DNA of 64,000 bases. Origin: Octopus vulgaris (Eukaryota). Where the stretch lies: NCBI GenBank assembly GCA_951406725.2, contig OX597826.1, forward strand, positions 81,344,001-81,408,000, given 5' to 3'. Of this stretch, positions 12,378 to 24,891 are shown piece after piece. How positions within the stretch are numbered: the stretch's first letter is position 1; each line of letters begins with the position of its first letter. The position numbers and the translations under genes were made by a program. Below the pieces are notes generated by a model that was not told where the DNA came from, made no database searches, and saw only the letters and a program-made list of their open reading frames with translations.

Positions 12378-13180
12378 CTATGGAGTAAAGAAAAAGACTC
12401 CTCTAGCAAGCAATGTGAAACAACTCTTTGCACCCTGAGTCACATTTTGACAGGATGCCCTTGGACACTAAGTGAAGGTTGATACAGGCGGGGACAGGAC
12501 AAGGTTCTTGCAAATATTACAAAGTGGTCTGCTCTGCAAAGGATGAAGACAAATAGACACCAGCCAGCCCAACCAAAGGGCATCATATTCCCAAAGGAAA
12601 GGGACAAAACAACCAATATGAAAATAATGGGAGGAGATACGTTTTCTATTTTGTGTTCAGCCTCAGAATGGGTGATGCAAGTTCGCCTGAGGGGCTGACT
12701 TGTCTTCCCAGAGGAAATAATGGTAATATCACTCTGACTAGGCATGATCTTGCCCTCCAGGAATACAAAACAATCCTCATCGTCAAACTCACAATGCCTC
12801 GGAGAGACAGACACGATATTTCCCAGGTAAAGAAATCGAAATATCAGGACTTAACCGACGAGACTCTTGTCAAGGGTTGGCATGCAGCCTCATTCCCCGC
12901 TGAAGTCAGCTGCTGTGACTTTCCGTCTAGGTGGGTGTGCACTTTCTAGCACAAGTTAGGTCTGGAACCCAGATAATTGAAGAGAGCCATTAAAGAGATA
13001 GGTGAGTCAGCTGAAACTAAGTTAAGTTGGCTATGGTTGATAACAGACCCCAAATGGAACACTGCTACAGATGAAGACTAGCTCAATCGTCTCCGCCCGC
13101 TCGGGTGAAGCGCACGGACGAAACGCTTGTGACCGTGAGATACCCGCTGACGATACGGAAAGGTTTACAGCATTGAAATC
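12378..13180 (+). mobile_element. Degraded HERO-like (R2-group) non-LTR element: CCHC knuckle plus restriction-like endonuclease
   Basis: LSHILTGCPWTLSEG*YRRGQDKVL and ILIVKLTMP...KKSKYQDL...GW...FPAEVSCCDF resemble the HERO C-terminus. Confidence 0.7.
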
Positions 13181-13529
13181 GATTTAGAAAAGCTTGCAAA
13201 ACCTCTGAGTATCTCCTGCAGTTCTTGTGTGCGGGGAGTAAAGCCTCTCAGATGTTTATTTTTACCTGCAGGAGTACATAAATAAATGTCAAGACTGTAC
13301 GGTATAATCTGAGGGAAATGAGGCTGCTGTTTCTAGCAGATTGTGCAAGTACATAGTGGTTCCATTGATAATGTGAAGTTGTTTAGTACCAGAAAAGCGA
13401 CGACTGAGCAGACTTGGCTACTACACGCTGCTGGTTAATCCATTATTGTTGTGAACGGAATAACTACGAAACTACGTGTAATTAGGAATCACAATTAGTG
13501 TCGACATATTTCTTCTTTTCTCTCCTCAG

Positions 13530-13641
13530 AACCGTTTCCGCCCAGAATCTACCAAAATCATTTCCGGCGGAGAACAACATTTTCTCGTCTTGTGAAAAGA
13601 ATTTAGCAAAGAAAACACAAAGATAAAAAGGAGAAGTGAGT
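13530..13641 (+). promoter_or_regulatory. Promoter/non-coding exon 1 of ZNF gene 3; donor GTGAGT 13636-13641
   Basis: TTCCGCCCAGAATCTACCAAAATCATTTCCGGC motif; acceptor AG 16197-16198. Confidence 0.65.
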
Positions 13642-14995
13642 ATTTATAGTGTTTCAATTTACATAAAACATTTTAAAAGGCGGAGTTTCGGAATAATTGT
13701 CCTTTCCTCACGAGGAAAGGCTGAAGAATTTAATATTCTGCGAAAGTCCGCCAAAATTTGTATCCGAATCGTAATTTCCTTTGCATCAAATTGTAATTTT
13801 AGAAGAAAAAAATGAGGACATCTGTCACTAAGAAAATACTTTTTCTTCGTGGGGGTTTTATCGGCATTTTTTCAGTATTTTCAATATTTTATGGAATCCC
13901 GCTTTGCTAAACAGTTGTGAATCGCTACAGTCTTTTGGTTTTAGGTCTATAAACTCGTCGGACAAAATCCGAAGCTGGACAATATGAGGGAGATTACAAA
14001 AATAAATCTGGGGTCTCCCGACAAAGCGAAACAAAAATACTTGACTAACAGAAATACATTAATTTAATGTTCTTTCGACCAAATCTTTACAAATATATTT
14101 TTCTAACTTCCTAGAAGTGTTTACAGATTGGCAACGGGCTTGCAGAATCGTCACCACACTTCGTTCTGTTTTATTCTGTCTCTTTATGTACTGAGTTCGA
14201 ATTCCGCTGAGGTCAGTTTTCCCTGTCATCCTCTCGGGTCGATTAAGTATTATTAGCACAGTCCTGGATTCGATGTCATTCACTTGCTGCCTCGGCACCA
14301 AAACTTGAATGAATTAATATTATTGTTGCTGTTGTTCTTTTTTGAGGTCGGTTTATTGTCGGAAGTAAAAGACATGGACTTCACCGCAGGATGTGGCAGG
14401 GAGCAAAAAAATCACAGACTTTTCAAAGTTACTTTGTTGCATTTTTAGCCTTGCAGATACCGAAAGCCGAAGGTCGGATGAATCGCTTTTGCTAATTACT
14501 TTTTTCCTTTTTCAATATTTTGTGGTCTTAGCAGCCACCTCCCTCTCAGTCGCACCTTCTGCAATGGCTTCCATTATTATAATGGTTATATTTATTTTCT
14601 TTGCTATATTTCATCATATGATAATACTCCATATTCTGAAGCACTTGTTATAGACTTGTAATTAGCATTAAAACACCTTCTTCCCCCCCCCCAACCCCAA
14701 TCAATGTCTTTTCTAACTCCTTAACATCCTTCCCACCACCCTTCATCCTCAAGTGCCATTCTTGAAAACATATTTTGTTGCCACTAGTACCAACCACCTT
14801 TTTTCTTTTCTTTTTTTCTTCACTCTTTTGCCGTTCTTTAAAATCTTTTTCTTTTCTATATGCCACAAGAAGTAAATGAATTTAAGTTGTGCAAGTTTGC
14901 CCCACATGTTCATTAATTCACCACTTGTTCATTAATTATCTTTTTACCTGTGAAATTACATATCTTTCTCACTTGCCATTCTGCAAGAATTTTTT

Positions 14996-15905
14996 CATCA
15001 TCATCAGACGTCCATTTTCCATGCTGTCATGGGTTGGACTGTTTGACAGGAGCTGGCAGCTCAGCTGTAGAGTCTGCTTCTGCATGGCTTCTATGGTTAG
15101 ATGCCTTTCTAACGACAACTACAGTATGTACTGGGTGCTTTTTACATAGCACCGGCAGTAGTGAGGTCACTTGCAATACGAAACCCTTTAACTTAGGGGT
15201 GAGTAGTATTGAGGGAGGTGGCTTTGTGCCAGGAGATGAGAGGGAAAAGAAATGGGTATCTTGCAATAAGTGAGATACGTGGCTACCTGTGTTGGAGGGA
15301 GATGAGAAGGTGAAGATGTCTCAGGTGGGGTACGCTCAAATTACTAGTAGACATATATAAGTGAAGTGGAAGCAAGGATTGGATGGGGTGAGTGAAGTTC
15401 ACAAGAATGTGGAAGGTAAAGGAGAGCGAATGTAGTGAGTGGACACAAATAGATGGAAGGGGTGTTGGAAGAAGGGGTTCAACAGAGACACATTAAGTGC
15501 AAGTAGGCTTGCAGGGATGTGAAGGGTGAGTGAGAGAGGGGGAGGGAAATACAACTGAACTTGAGTGGGGGGGATGGGGACGTTTAGGAAGATGGGTAGT
15601 TGGGGAGGGGTTTGTCAAGGACAGTATGCAGCAGAATGGACATAAATAACATACCTGTGTGGTCTTGTTTTACTTAACTGGATAGGTCTTCTCAAGCACA
15701 CCAAATCGCCAATCAACTTGACCCTTTGTCAAGCTCCTCTGTGAGGCTCAACATCTGAGGATCAGATTTTACCACTTCATTCAATGTTTCCCTGGGTCTT
15801 CCTCTTCCCACCACATTTTGAGATCTGCACTTCTTTATGCAGCTGTCTTCATATGCATCACATGACCGCATCAGTGCAGTCTTCTCTCTTGCACACTACA
15901 TTCGA
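14996..15905 (-). mobile_element. Degraded RTE 3' remnants in the intron of gene 3
   Basis: CATCATCATCAGACGTCCATTTTCCATGCTG tail at 14996; ORF-end remnant at about 15675-15905. Confidence 0.55.
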
Positions 15906-16603
15906 TGTGTCTTCTAACCAAATTACAGGAACGAAGAGAAAACCAAGAATTTATTAAGGTTTACTTCATTCCACCAGTTTAAGTTTGCCATGAATTTTGT
16001 TCACTAAAGCCAAGAATAATAAAGAGACACATTTTATGATATGTTTCTCTACTCTGGCATATAAGAGCATAGGGATACACTGGAAGAGTTCACTTGTTAG
16101 GGGTCAAGGTTCACTTCTACAGTTTATCTTTATAGAAACGAAGTGAATTTCCACTATTTAATTATCCTCTAAGTCTTGTACTGTTTTTCTTATTTCAGGA
16201 TCCTTACTGAAGCTGGCATAAAAATAAAAGCGTTTTGATATCAGAAGCATCATCACTATTCACTATCTTTTCAAGACTCAAGGACGATGTTATGCAGAAC
16301 AAATATAACCATGTTTATATAAGTCTTGTGAATTATGGTGAAAGGTTTCTACTGGCTGAGATTATTTGCAACATCTCTGTAATTCACTGTCTGGAATGAG
16401 TACAAAATACTTTTGCATTGTGAAAAGATAAATCTATAAAGGATTTTGTAGAATAGAGTAGAGTTGATGGACCTACAGCAGAAGGAATATTTGTTAGAAA
16501 TAAATTGCAGAAAAGGAAAGCAAGAAGCCTATTCATATGTTGTGGTGAAAGAAGGAAAATTGTTGTTCAGTGGTTTAAAATATTAATTCTTTATCCTGAA
16601 GAG

Positions 16604-17899
16604 ATGGCAAAAGATGTAACAAAATTCTCATATGAGTGTGATATCTGTAACAAGTCATTCAGTAAACAATGTCAGCTCACCACTCATATACGTATTCATA
16701 CAGGAGAGAAACTACATTACTGTGAATTCTGTGGTAAAGCGTACATTCGAAATGATGAGTTGACTATTCACAAGCGTATCCATACAGGAGAGAGACCATA
16801 TCACTGTGATGTCTGTGGCAAGACTTTCTATCGAAGTGGTGAGTTAACTATTCATGTACGTGTTCATACAGGAGAGAAGCCATATCAGTGTGATATCTGT
16901 GGCAAATCCTTCACTCGTACAGATATTTTAACCACACACAAACGTATTCACACAGGAGAGAAACCATATCAATGTGATATGTGCAGTAAATCATTCCCCA
17001 ATAGTACGAACCTAACTGATCACAAACGCATTCATACAGGAGAAAAACCATATCATTGTGATATCTGCGGTAAATCATTCAATCAAAGTAATCAGTTAAT
17101 TAAACACAAACGTATTCATACAGGAGAAAAGCCTTATCAATGTGATATCTGTGACAAATCATTCTCTCGAAATGATGAGTTAACTGCTCACAAATATATT
17201 CATACAGGAGAAAAACCTTATCAGTGTGATATCTGTGGTAGATCATTCCTTCAAAATAGTGCCTTGACTGGACACAAGCGTATTCATACAGGAGAAAAGC
17301 GATTTATTTGTGATGTTTGTGGTAAAGCATTTCCTCGAAGTAATAACTTAACTGCTCACAAACGTATTCATACCAAAGAAAAACCATTTCATTGTGATGT
17401 GTGTGGTAAATCCTTTTCACACAGTAATTCCTTAACTGATCACACTCGTATTCATACTGGAGAGAGACCATATCACTGTGATGTCTGTGGTAAATCATTC
17501 CCTCGGAGTAATTCTTTGAGTGATCATAAGCGCATTCATACTGGAGAAAAACCGTATCATTGTGATATTTGTGGTAAAGCATTTATTCGGAGTAATGAGT
17601 TAAAGGTCCATAAACGTATTCATACAGGAGAAACGCCGTATTGCTGTGATGTCTGTGGTAAATCATTCTCTCAAAATAATTCTTTGACTAATCACAAACG
17701 CATTCATACTGGAGAAAAACCATATGATTGTGATATCTGTGGTAAATCCTTCTCTAGAAATAATTCCTTGGCTGACCACAAACGCATTCACACTGGGGAA
17801 AAACCATATCAGTGTAATGTCTGTGGTAAATCTTTCTCTCAGCATGCTGCTGTAGCTGTACATAAACGTGTTCATGCCAGAGAAAAGCCACAGCATTGA
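16604..17899 (+). CDS. C2H2 zinc-finger gene 3, 431 aa, 15 fingers
   Basis: ATG at 16604 (MAKDVTKFSYEC) is homologous to the paralog starts; degenerate finger remnants follow to about 18049. Confidence 0.93.
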   Translation: MAKDVTKFSYECDICNKSFSKQCQLTTHIRIHTGEKLHYCEFCGKAYIRNDELTIHKRIHTGERPYHCDVCGKTFYRSGELTIHVRVHTGEKPYQCDICGKSFTRTDILTTHKRIHTGEKPYQCDMCSKSFPNSTNLTDHKRIHTGEKPYHCDICGKSFNQSNQLIKHKRIHTGEKPYQCDICDKSFSRNDELTAHKYIHTGEKPYQCDICGRSFLQNSALTGHKRIHTGEKRFICDVCGKAFPRSNNLTAHKRIHTKEKPFHCDVCGKSFSHSNSLTDHTRIHTGERPYHCDVCGKSFPRSNSLSDHKRIHTGEKPYHCDICGKAFIRSNELKVHKRIHTGETPYCCDVCGKSFSQNNSLTNHKRIHTGEKPYDCDICGKSFSRNNSLADHKRIHTGEKPYQCNVCGKSFSQHAAVAVHKRVHAREKPQH

Positions 17900-18967
17900 T
17901 GTATCTGTAGTAAATTACTCCCTTACTGTATAATCTGTTAATTAAACACAAAGGTATTCACATGGGTGGAGAAAAATGATCTTACTGTAATATCTGGTGA
18001 ATTTTTCTGTCAAACTGATTTAGCTATTCATGTCTGTAATTTTACATGAGAGAAAGAACTTCATTCTGAGAGGTGGGAGACTAAAAAATCTCTTAATTGT
18101 TTGCATTGATAAACGATTGTGGCCCTGAATAATAAGGAAAAGAAACAAATAAAGTACAGTATTTCCTTATACTATTAAGCTGATGAATAAATTTGTTCCT
18201 TTCTTTCCCGTATCCTTTCAATTAACATGAAAAATATTCTTATCATAATGTTTTCTTGTTTATTTGTAGCTCTTTTCTTCCTGTACAATTTTCGTTTATT
18301 ATTTTCCAAGTTTGAACAAAATTCTATCTCTTTTCGGATGATGAGGGAATGCCAGTTCCATCATCTTAATTGGTATTCCATCATATGATGATGAAATGCT
18401 AATTAGAAAGAAAAAACCCCAAATGTTTTTAATATCTACTTTTATTTGCATTCAATTAAGACTCCGAGCTGATGCAGAGCCGTTGGAGACATTTGTGCTG
18501 TGTACTGGAAAGACACCATTACTGAAAGAACTTCACAGAAATAGTTTCCAGCCTTCAAAGAGGGGGAAATCCAACCACAAAAGCCATTTGTGTTCTGGCC
18601 GACATATTTAATTCAAATGAGAATTGATTGAATGAGCTCATCCTTGAGGATCCGTGCCAATCCACGAGGGGATTGACCAAGCTGATGGGATGGTCTCCTG
18701 ATACTGTTGTCTGTCGCCTCTTGATGGGTAAGGTGGATTGGTGCATGAATGCCATGCATACTGTGAACAAAAGAGGCAAACTCCAGTGCTCCTTTCTCAC
18801 TGCCAGGTTGCTCATGAACACAGACTGGAATTTCTTTACTGCATTGTCACCAGCAATGAAAAGGGGTGTGTTTACATCGATATGATGCAGAGGGAAAAAA
18901 AGGACTGAATCCTGACACGGTCTGGGTCAGCAAGGCAATCCAGCTAAAACGACCTGACTGGCATCAT

Positions 18968-19368
18968 AATAATAATAATAATAATAATAATTGTGTACAG
19001 TGCTCAGGTGCACTACAACTCATCTAAAGTGTATATATAATCAGGTGTAGTTTCGGCGGATTTCGGAAAGCATGAGGGCCTTAAAAGATGCAGTGTCATG
19101 GCAGTCAACAACTGACGCAGGCAGTTTATTCCATGCTTCAGCAACTCTGAGCGTGAAAAAATGTTTCCGAAAGTCATGAGAGCTGTATTGTTTTCTGACT
19201 TTGTAGGCATGTCCACGTGTGTTAGACACATGGAGATCAAAAAGGTGTTCAGTGTTGTTGTTGGTGAGGTGGTTGATAACTTTGTGGGTGTTTACCAAGT
19301 CCGTCGCCAGACGCCGGAGCTTCAGTGAATCCATGCCCAGGGAAACAAGGCGCTCAGAATATGGTAGG
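18968..19368 (-). mobile_element. 5'-truncated CR1-clade LINE with (TTA)n tail
   Basis: TRGHAYKV...RKHFFTLRVAEAWNKLP C-terminus; 13-bp TSD TGACTGGCATCAT at 18955-18967 and 19369-19381. Confidence 0.88.
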
Positions 19369-19542
19369 TGACTGGCATCATGGCATATTTCTCCAACACA
19401 ACATTGCTTACTCCCAAATATCTAATTTGCTGAAAAATGCTATTCAGGTCCTTGGATGGGAAATCCTGCACTCACCATATTCTGATATAGCTCTTTTAGA
19501 TTAACATCCTTATCGGTAGTTCAGCAGACTGCATGGCATTTG

Positions 19543-19615
19543 TGAGAATTAGCTCAGATGGTAGAGCACTCACTCAGCATGCAAGAAGTACCAGGTTCAA
19601 TGCTCAGATTCTCTA
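19543..19615 (+). pseudogene. tRNA-Ala(AGC) pseudogene
   Basis: 73 nt collinear with eukaryotic tRNA-Ala AGC (GAATTAGCTCA.ATGGTAGAGC..AGCATGC..ATTCTC.A); anticodon and T stems mispaired. Confidence 0.8.
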
Positions 19616-20260
19616 TGTGTTTTTGATATTTGATTTTTGGTAATGTCAACGTGCATATACGACAAATGTAAGTGATTTGGGAGAAAAACTGGTTATACAA
19701 GGCATCGGATGTTGTGTGCAAGAGAAGAATGCACTGGTATGGTCATGTAATGCGTACGAATGAAGACAGTCGCATCAAGAGGTACCGATCTCTAATTGTA
19801 GAAGAAACATGTGAAAGGAGTAGATCCAGGAAGATGTGGGACTAAGTGGTGAGAAAGGACCTACGGACATTGGGACTCACTCTGTAAAGTGGTTGGTGTT
19901 AGGAAGGGTATCCAACCATAGAAACCAAACCAAAACAGACATGGAGCCTGCACCCACCATATTCTGATATAGCTCTCTTAGATTAACATCCTTTTTGGTA
20001 CTTCTCCAACAGACCACAAGGTGTTTTGTTCAACATGGTGAGGAAACCCTAGCTTGATTGAATTCTTTGAGTCAACAGCCTGTCATTTCTGCCATCAAGG
20101 CATTGACAAGTCAGTGGAACATTGGTAAGAAGTCATTAGCAATAAAACAGAACATACTGAATTGCTAAACTTATCGGTGAAAAATTAGGATCAAAAGAGA
20201 TGGAAAAAAGCAAACGAAGCTGGCCACCCTATGTTATAGGATATACTTATATCTCACAGA

Positions 20261-20470
20261 TCATCATCATCATCTGTTTTCCTGGGTTGGATGGTTCGAC
20301 TGGGGCCAGGGAAGCCAGAAGGCTGCACCAGGCTCCAGTCTGATCTGGCAGTGTTTCTACAGCTGGATGCCCTTCTTGCTCATGCCAACCACTCCGAGAG
20401 TGTAGTGGGTGCTTTTTACGTGCCACCGGCACAGGTGCCAGGCGAGGCTGGCAACAACCACGATTGGTTG
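20261..20470 (-). mobile_element. RTE 3' tail fragment
   Basis: (CAT)n followed by GGGTTGGATGGTTCGACTGGGG...GTAGTGGGTGCTTTTTACGTGCC. Confidence 0.8.
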
Positions 20471-20518
20471 GAAATTTGACAATATTATTATTATTATTAT
20501 TACTATTATTATATAAAA

Positions 20519-20938
20519 GTGAGCTGGTAGAATCGTTAGTTCGCCAAGCGAAATGCTTAGCGGTATTTCATCTATCTTCATGTGCTTAGTTCAAATGCTG
20601 CCAGGGTTGATAAATTAAGTACCAGTTATGCACTAGAGTCGATATAATTGACTTAATCCCTCCCACAAATTTGAGGCCTTGTGCTTCCAGTAGAAAGGAA
20701 TATTATTATTATTCTATACAAAGGCAGTGAGCTGGCACAATCGTTAGTGCAGTGGATGAAATGCCTGGCAGTATTTCTCCTGTCTGAGTTCAAATTCCAC
20801 CAAGGTTGACTTTGCTTTTCATCCTTTCGGGATCGATAAAATTAGTACCAGTTATGCACTGGGGTCAATGTGATCGACTTAATCTCTTCCCCCAAATTTG
20901 AGGCCTTGTGTTTCCAGTAGAAAGGATTATTATTATTA
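20519..20938 (+). mobile_element. Two tandem tRNA-derived SINEs (Meta-domain-like core)
   Basis: A box GCTGGCA.AATCGTTAG, B box GAGTTCAAAT, core TTTCATCCTTTCGGG.TCGATAAA..AGTACCAG, (TTA)n tails. Confidence 0.75.
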
Positions 20939-20989
20939 TATATATATAGAAGCAGTGGCTTGAGGGAGGTTTTTTTGGTTTGGGAGACA

Positions 20990-21612
20990 ATCTGTCATGG
21001 AAAATTGTGATGTAGGAAAGAAGTGCATTGGCATGGAGGATGGTTCATTTGTTGTTAGTGAATCTGCAAAGAAAGGCTTGGAAGAGCCACTATTAAAGGC
21101 TGCTAAATGTAGAGAATGGATGGGTGAAGAAGAGTCTGCTTAGTGTGGATCCAACAGAGGGAGCAGCTATTTGAATAGGGAGTAGCTTGGGAGATAGAAG
21201 ATAGGAAGAGCCATAGACCCATCAGGAATCACTGCTGAGGTGCTTAAAATATCTGGTGGATTGGAATACGGTCTGGTCACCTGTATAGTTAATCGGGTCC
21301 TCCATAAGGGAGTTGTAGCCAATGACTGGTGTAGCAGCATTATAGTCAGCTATAATGTTAAAAGTGACACCTTAACCAGATATAATTACAGAGGTATCAA
21401 ATTGCTGAACCAGGTGATGAAAGTAAGAAAGCAGGTCGTCGCTCAGCTAATTAGGAAGAGGGTCTTGATGAGAGACGGTTTGGTTTTCTGCCAGGGAGAA
21501 GCACTGCTGATGCTGCATTCCTGGAAAGGCAGCTACAGAAGTACTTAGCCAAGAATAAACCTTTATATTTGATTTTTGTTGACCTGAAGAAAACCTTTGA
21601 CAGGACCCCACT
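20990..21612 (+). mobile_element. Degraded RTE RT remnant
   Basis: NDWCSSIIV...NYRGIKLLNQVMKV. Confidence 0.75.
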
Positions 21613-23595
21613 TCCTTATATATGGAGACATACAGAGTGTCCATAAATCATGAGTACACTTTGAATGGCATGAAGTAAATGATAAGTAATGATAACAACT
21701 GGATAACTCAGCAGAGTTAATTAGAAATATCCAAACATTTCCATGTAGCCCCCTTTGGTTGCATGCAAAACATCTAGACGATTCCTGCTTTCTGACCATG
21801 TGCACCGGAGCATCGCTCCATCAATGATGCATGTAGCTTGGTGTGTTTGTTTACTTTTGAGGTCTTCAACATTATTTATGATAGACTCTGTATTTATAAT
21901 GGCCCCATAAGAAAATGTCTTGAAGGATTATATCTGGTGACCTATGTGGCCAGTGTCCTGGACTGCGTCTGGGACACTCAACCGACAGTGGGGCAGTGCA
22001 CCATGTTTTTGGAAAGTAACTGTTGGTTGCATTTGGTGCAGCTGTAGCTCAATGAATTCTTGTAAAAGATCAAGGTAAGTGTTGGAATTAATTGTTTCTT
22101 CTGCAAAGAAGAATGGGCCAATTTCTCAATGAAACACGAGGCTGCATCAGGCATTGATTTTTGGATTGTTTCTCTCCAGTTCTCTTTAGATCCTGCGGTT
22201 GGTCGCTTTTGTCATTCCTGACACGACAAGTTGTTTCATCACCGAAACAAAATCTTTTCAAAGAAGCTTTCTTCTTCATGATATAGAACTTAACATGTCC
22301 ACCACAAATTGTTTTCTTTGATCTGATATGCTTGCAAAAGTTGCATTTTATAAGCATAGAATCACGGTTTACTGTGCAAAACTTCATGAATTGTTGACTG
22401 TGGTAGACTTCACTGTTTACTTGCAGTATGTCGTATGGATAATCTATGGATACCAAGCATATCTGGATTGTATGTACAGTTTTTATGTTTTGTGCATTCT
22501 TTCCACAAATTCTTTGAAACATATCCACTTGTGCAGACTTGCTTTGTTTCTTTCCAGCCTTACCAAATTCTCTACATTCGAGGCCCATGCCTCACTACCA
22601 TGCAGGATTGCACTTCCAACACAAGCATCATAAGACCAACCATTCACCATTAGTAAAAGATCTCTGTAGTTAATAGTGGCAATAGCTCTGAACTTTCCCC
22701 AACTAGTACTTACCCAAGCACCTCTCTTGCTAGTTACATCTCCAAGGTAACAAAAACTATCGACTACTTTTAATGAGCCATAAAGACATTTGAGAGACTC
22801 AGCTTCCGATGTGCTCCTCACATGTACTGCTCCACTGCAGCCACTTTCAATTGGGTTGGCTTGCATTTAGGAAATTACAGAACAGCGGACAATAGCATAG
22901 TAATCTCTTTGGAACTCTCATTTACCGTTATTTGTTTGCTCCATTGGATCTGACGGTGTCAGAGCAGTAGACTCTCATCTCTCTGGAGCTTATGAAATAA
23001 AGTACCAGTTAAGTGCTAGAGTCAGCACTTGTGTCTAAATCTCTCCTCCCAGATTACTGCCCTTACGTTTAACTTAGAAAAAGTTAGTCACTAGCCCCAG
23101 CTCAGTCCAGCTGAGCAGACATAGGTTCAAGATATTCTAGTGTGAGCAATTTAGTTGTTACCTCTGGAGAACTTGTTAAATTTTCTCCAATCAGTTGATG
23201 TTTTTCAAACTTTTATAAAATTCTTTTTTTAAAAAAATCAATCTAGTCTTATGTTCTGGAGATGAAAATCGTATTCATATTTTCCTTCTAGAACTTAATA
23301 AAGAAGTCACAAACATATACAGTTCTGTAATGTAGGCCAATCAAAGACATTTATTGCCAACGTACTTTAGGTGGGACCTGTCTGTTGTCATGGAAATCGG
23401 CAAAGACAAGAAAGATGAAAACTTTACGTGGTCTCTAAACCTACTAGAAATAGCAGTCAAATTTTCCTTAAACTACACCGAGAGGGGGTCGGGGCATATT
23501 TTTTTCGTTCATAATGAGAGTACGAATTCATCATCCGTTTGAATGCACAGTGACCCTAAATATGTTTATTATATGTAATAAACATTAAAGCGTAA

Positions 23596-23880
23596 AGGGT
23601 AAGGTAAAGACCCACTTCCGTCATGAATGACCATAGGTTGCTCCTAGAAACATCCCCTCTGAGGCACAAGATCCGGGCAAGGTTGTTTATGGACGACCAG
23701 CAGTCGCCCTAGCATATCAGCCTCCGCTCACCTTGCTTATCCAAGGGAATGTCTAAATCCGATACAGGTTGGCACCAGTGACATTGCAACGCATTTCTAC
23801 AGCTGAGTAAACTGAAGCAACATGAAATAAAGTGTCTTGCTCAAGAACACAACACACAGCCTGGTCCAGGAATCGAACTC
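23596..23880 (-). mobile_element. tRNA-derived SINE, 5'-truncated (paralog at 27688-28475 is interrupted)
   Basis: Reverse strand reads GAGTTCGATTCC (B box), then GTGTTCTTGAGCAAGACACTT. Confidence 0.6.
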
Positions 23881-24574
23881 CTGATTGTAGTATATTTTCA
23901 CAAATATATTGTATGTATTAATAACAAACACGTACACAGCATTATGCCATTGTATAGCGAGGAATACATTAATGAACGTAGTCCTCCGATCCAAGATTAA
24001 CAGTATCACTTGAGGGAAATATGACAATTATTTCGAGCAGATTGTGCAAGTACGTAGAGGTTCCATTGCTCCTACGTCGTCGTTTAGTCCAAGAAAAACT
24101 ATAACTGATCAGCTCTACCTATTCAGTGCAGGTCAATCGATAGTTGCTAACAGAATAACTATGAAACTACGTGTAATAAATGTCGAAGTGGGCGAAGGTG
24201 AAACGTGTGCAAAACATCCGACGAAAGTGAAACAGCTGGAGTTTTTCAGCTTTTTGAAAGCGGGGAAGTCGTGAGTGGGCGACCTTGGGGGAGGGGCCTT
24301 GACTCTTTCTTTTAAGAAAAAATAAATTTAAAAACAGAAATTCCTAGATTCATAATTTCTGTATTTTTAGAATTCGGAAAAAATTAAGAAATGATGGGGG
24401 GTAAAATTTTGGGTAAGATCTTATTCTCCTACATAGAAAGCATAGAAAACCGGAAAAAATCTTGGGTATAATTAAATAAAATAAAAAACATCGGAAATGG
24501 ATGGAGTGCACGCGACTCTAAGTATATCCAAAATTTGGTTTTCTCATTATAATAATAATAATAATTGTTTTATT

Positions 24575-24656
24575 CGGATTCTGTTACTTCCGCCCAGAAT
24601 CTACCAAAATCATTTCCAGCCAAGAACTTTCTTTCGTCTTAATCGAATTTATAAAG
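24575..24656 (+). promoter_or_regulatory. Orphan ZNF promoter/exon 1 lacking the donor and the gene
   Basis: ACTTCCGCCCAGAATCTACC motif, near-identical to 29057-29140, diverging before GTAAGT. Confidence 0.7.
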
Positions 24657-24891
24657 GTGCATCTTCATCCTCTCTAATAACACCATCAGCCATCTTCTCA
24701 GTTATAGGAGGAGCCTGATGTTTTACATTTATTTAAAAATATTGTGGTATAGAATCATATAAGATTGCAAATTGTATCAAGAACAAAGAACAGGAGAATG
24801 CAAAACCTCTGCTTTATGAGTCATTGCAATATTCAGAAGCAGAACAACGGAATTTGCTGCAAATCTTATTTGTTCTTTGGGGCAAATTCTG

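Larger units (their letters stand above)
18400..20170 (+). mobile_element. Fragmented mariner transposase remnant with nested insertions
   Basis: DPCQSTRGLTKL (HTH-like), CIVTSNEK (IVTGDEKW-like), GWEIL and HPPYS (WEVLPHPPYSPDLAP-like), GIDKSVEHW. Confidence 0.65.

Noticed and set aside
13120-13180. Possible hammerhead (GAAAC...CTGACGA...GAAA) at the HERO-like 3' end
   Set aside because: Could not build convincing stems II and III or a valid UH cleavage site in either permutation.
16505-16603. N-terminal extension of gene 3 in the ORF track
   Set aside because: Starts at TTG; the paralogous sequence has stops, and the conserved start is ATG 16604.
19543-19615. Functional tRNA-Ala gene
   Set aside because: Anticodon and T stems carry multiple mispairs; called a pseudogene.
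21620-22430. Possible decayed transposase in the 22088-22588 ORF region
   Set aside because: No motif recognised with confidence; only the 22480 end is RTE-derived.
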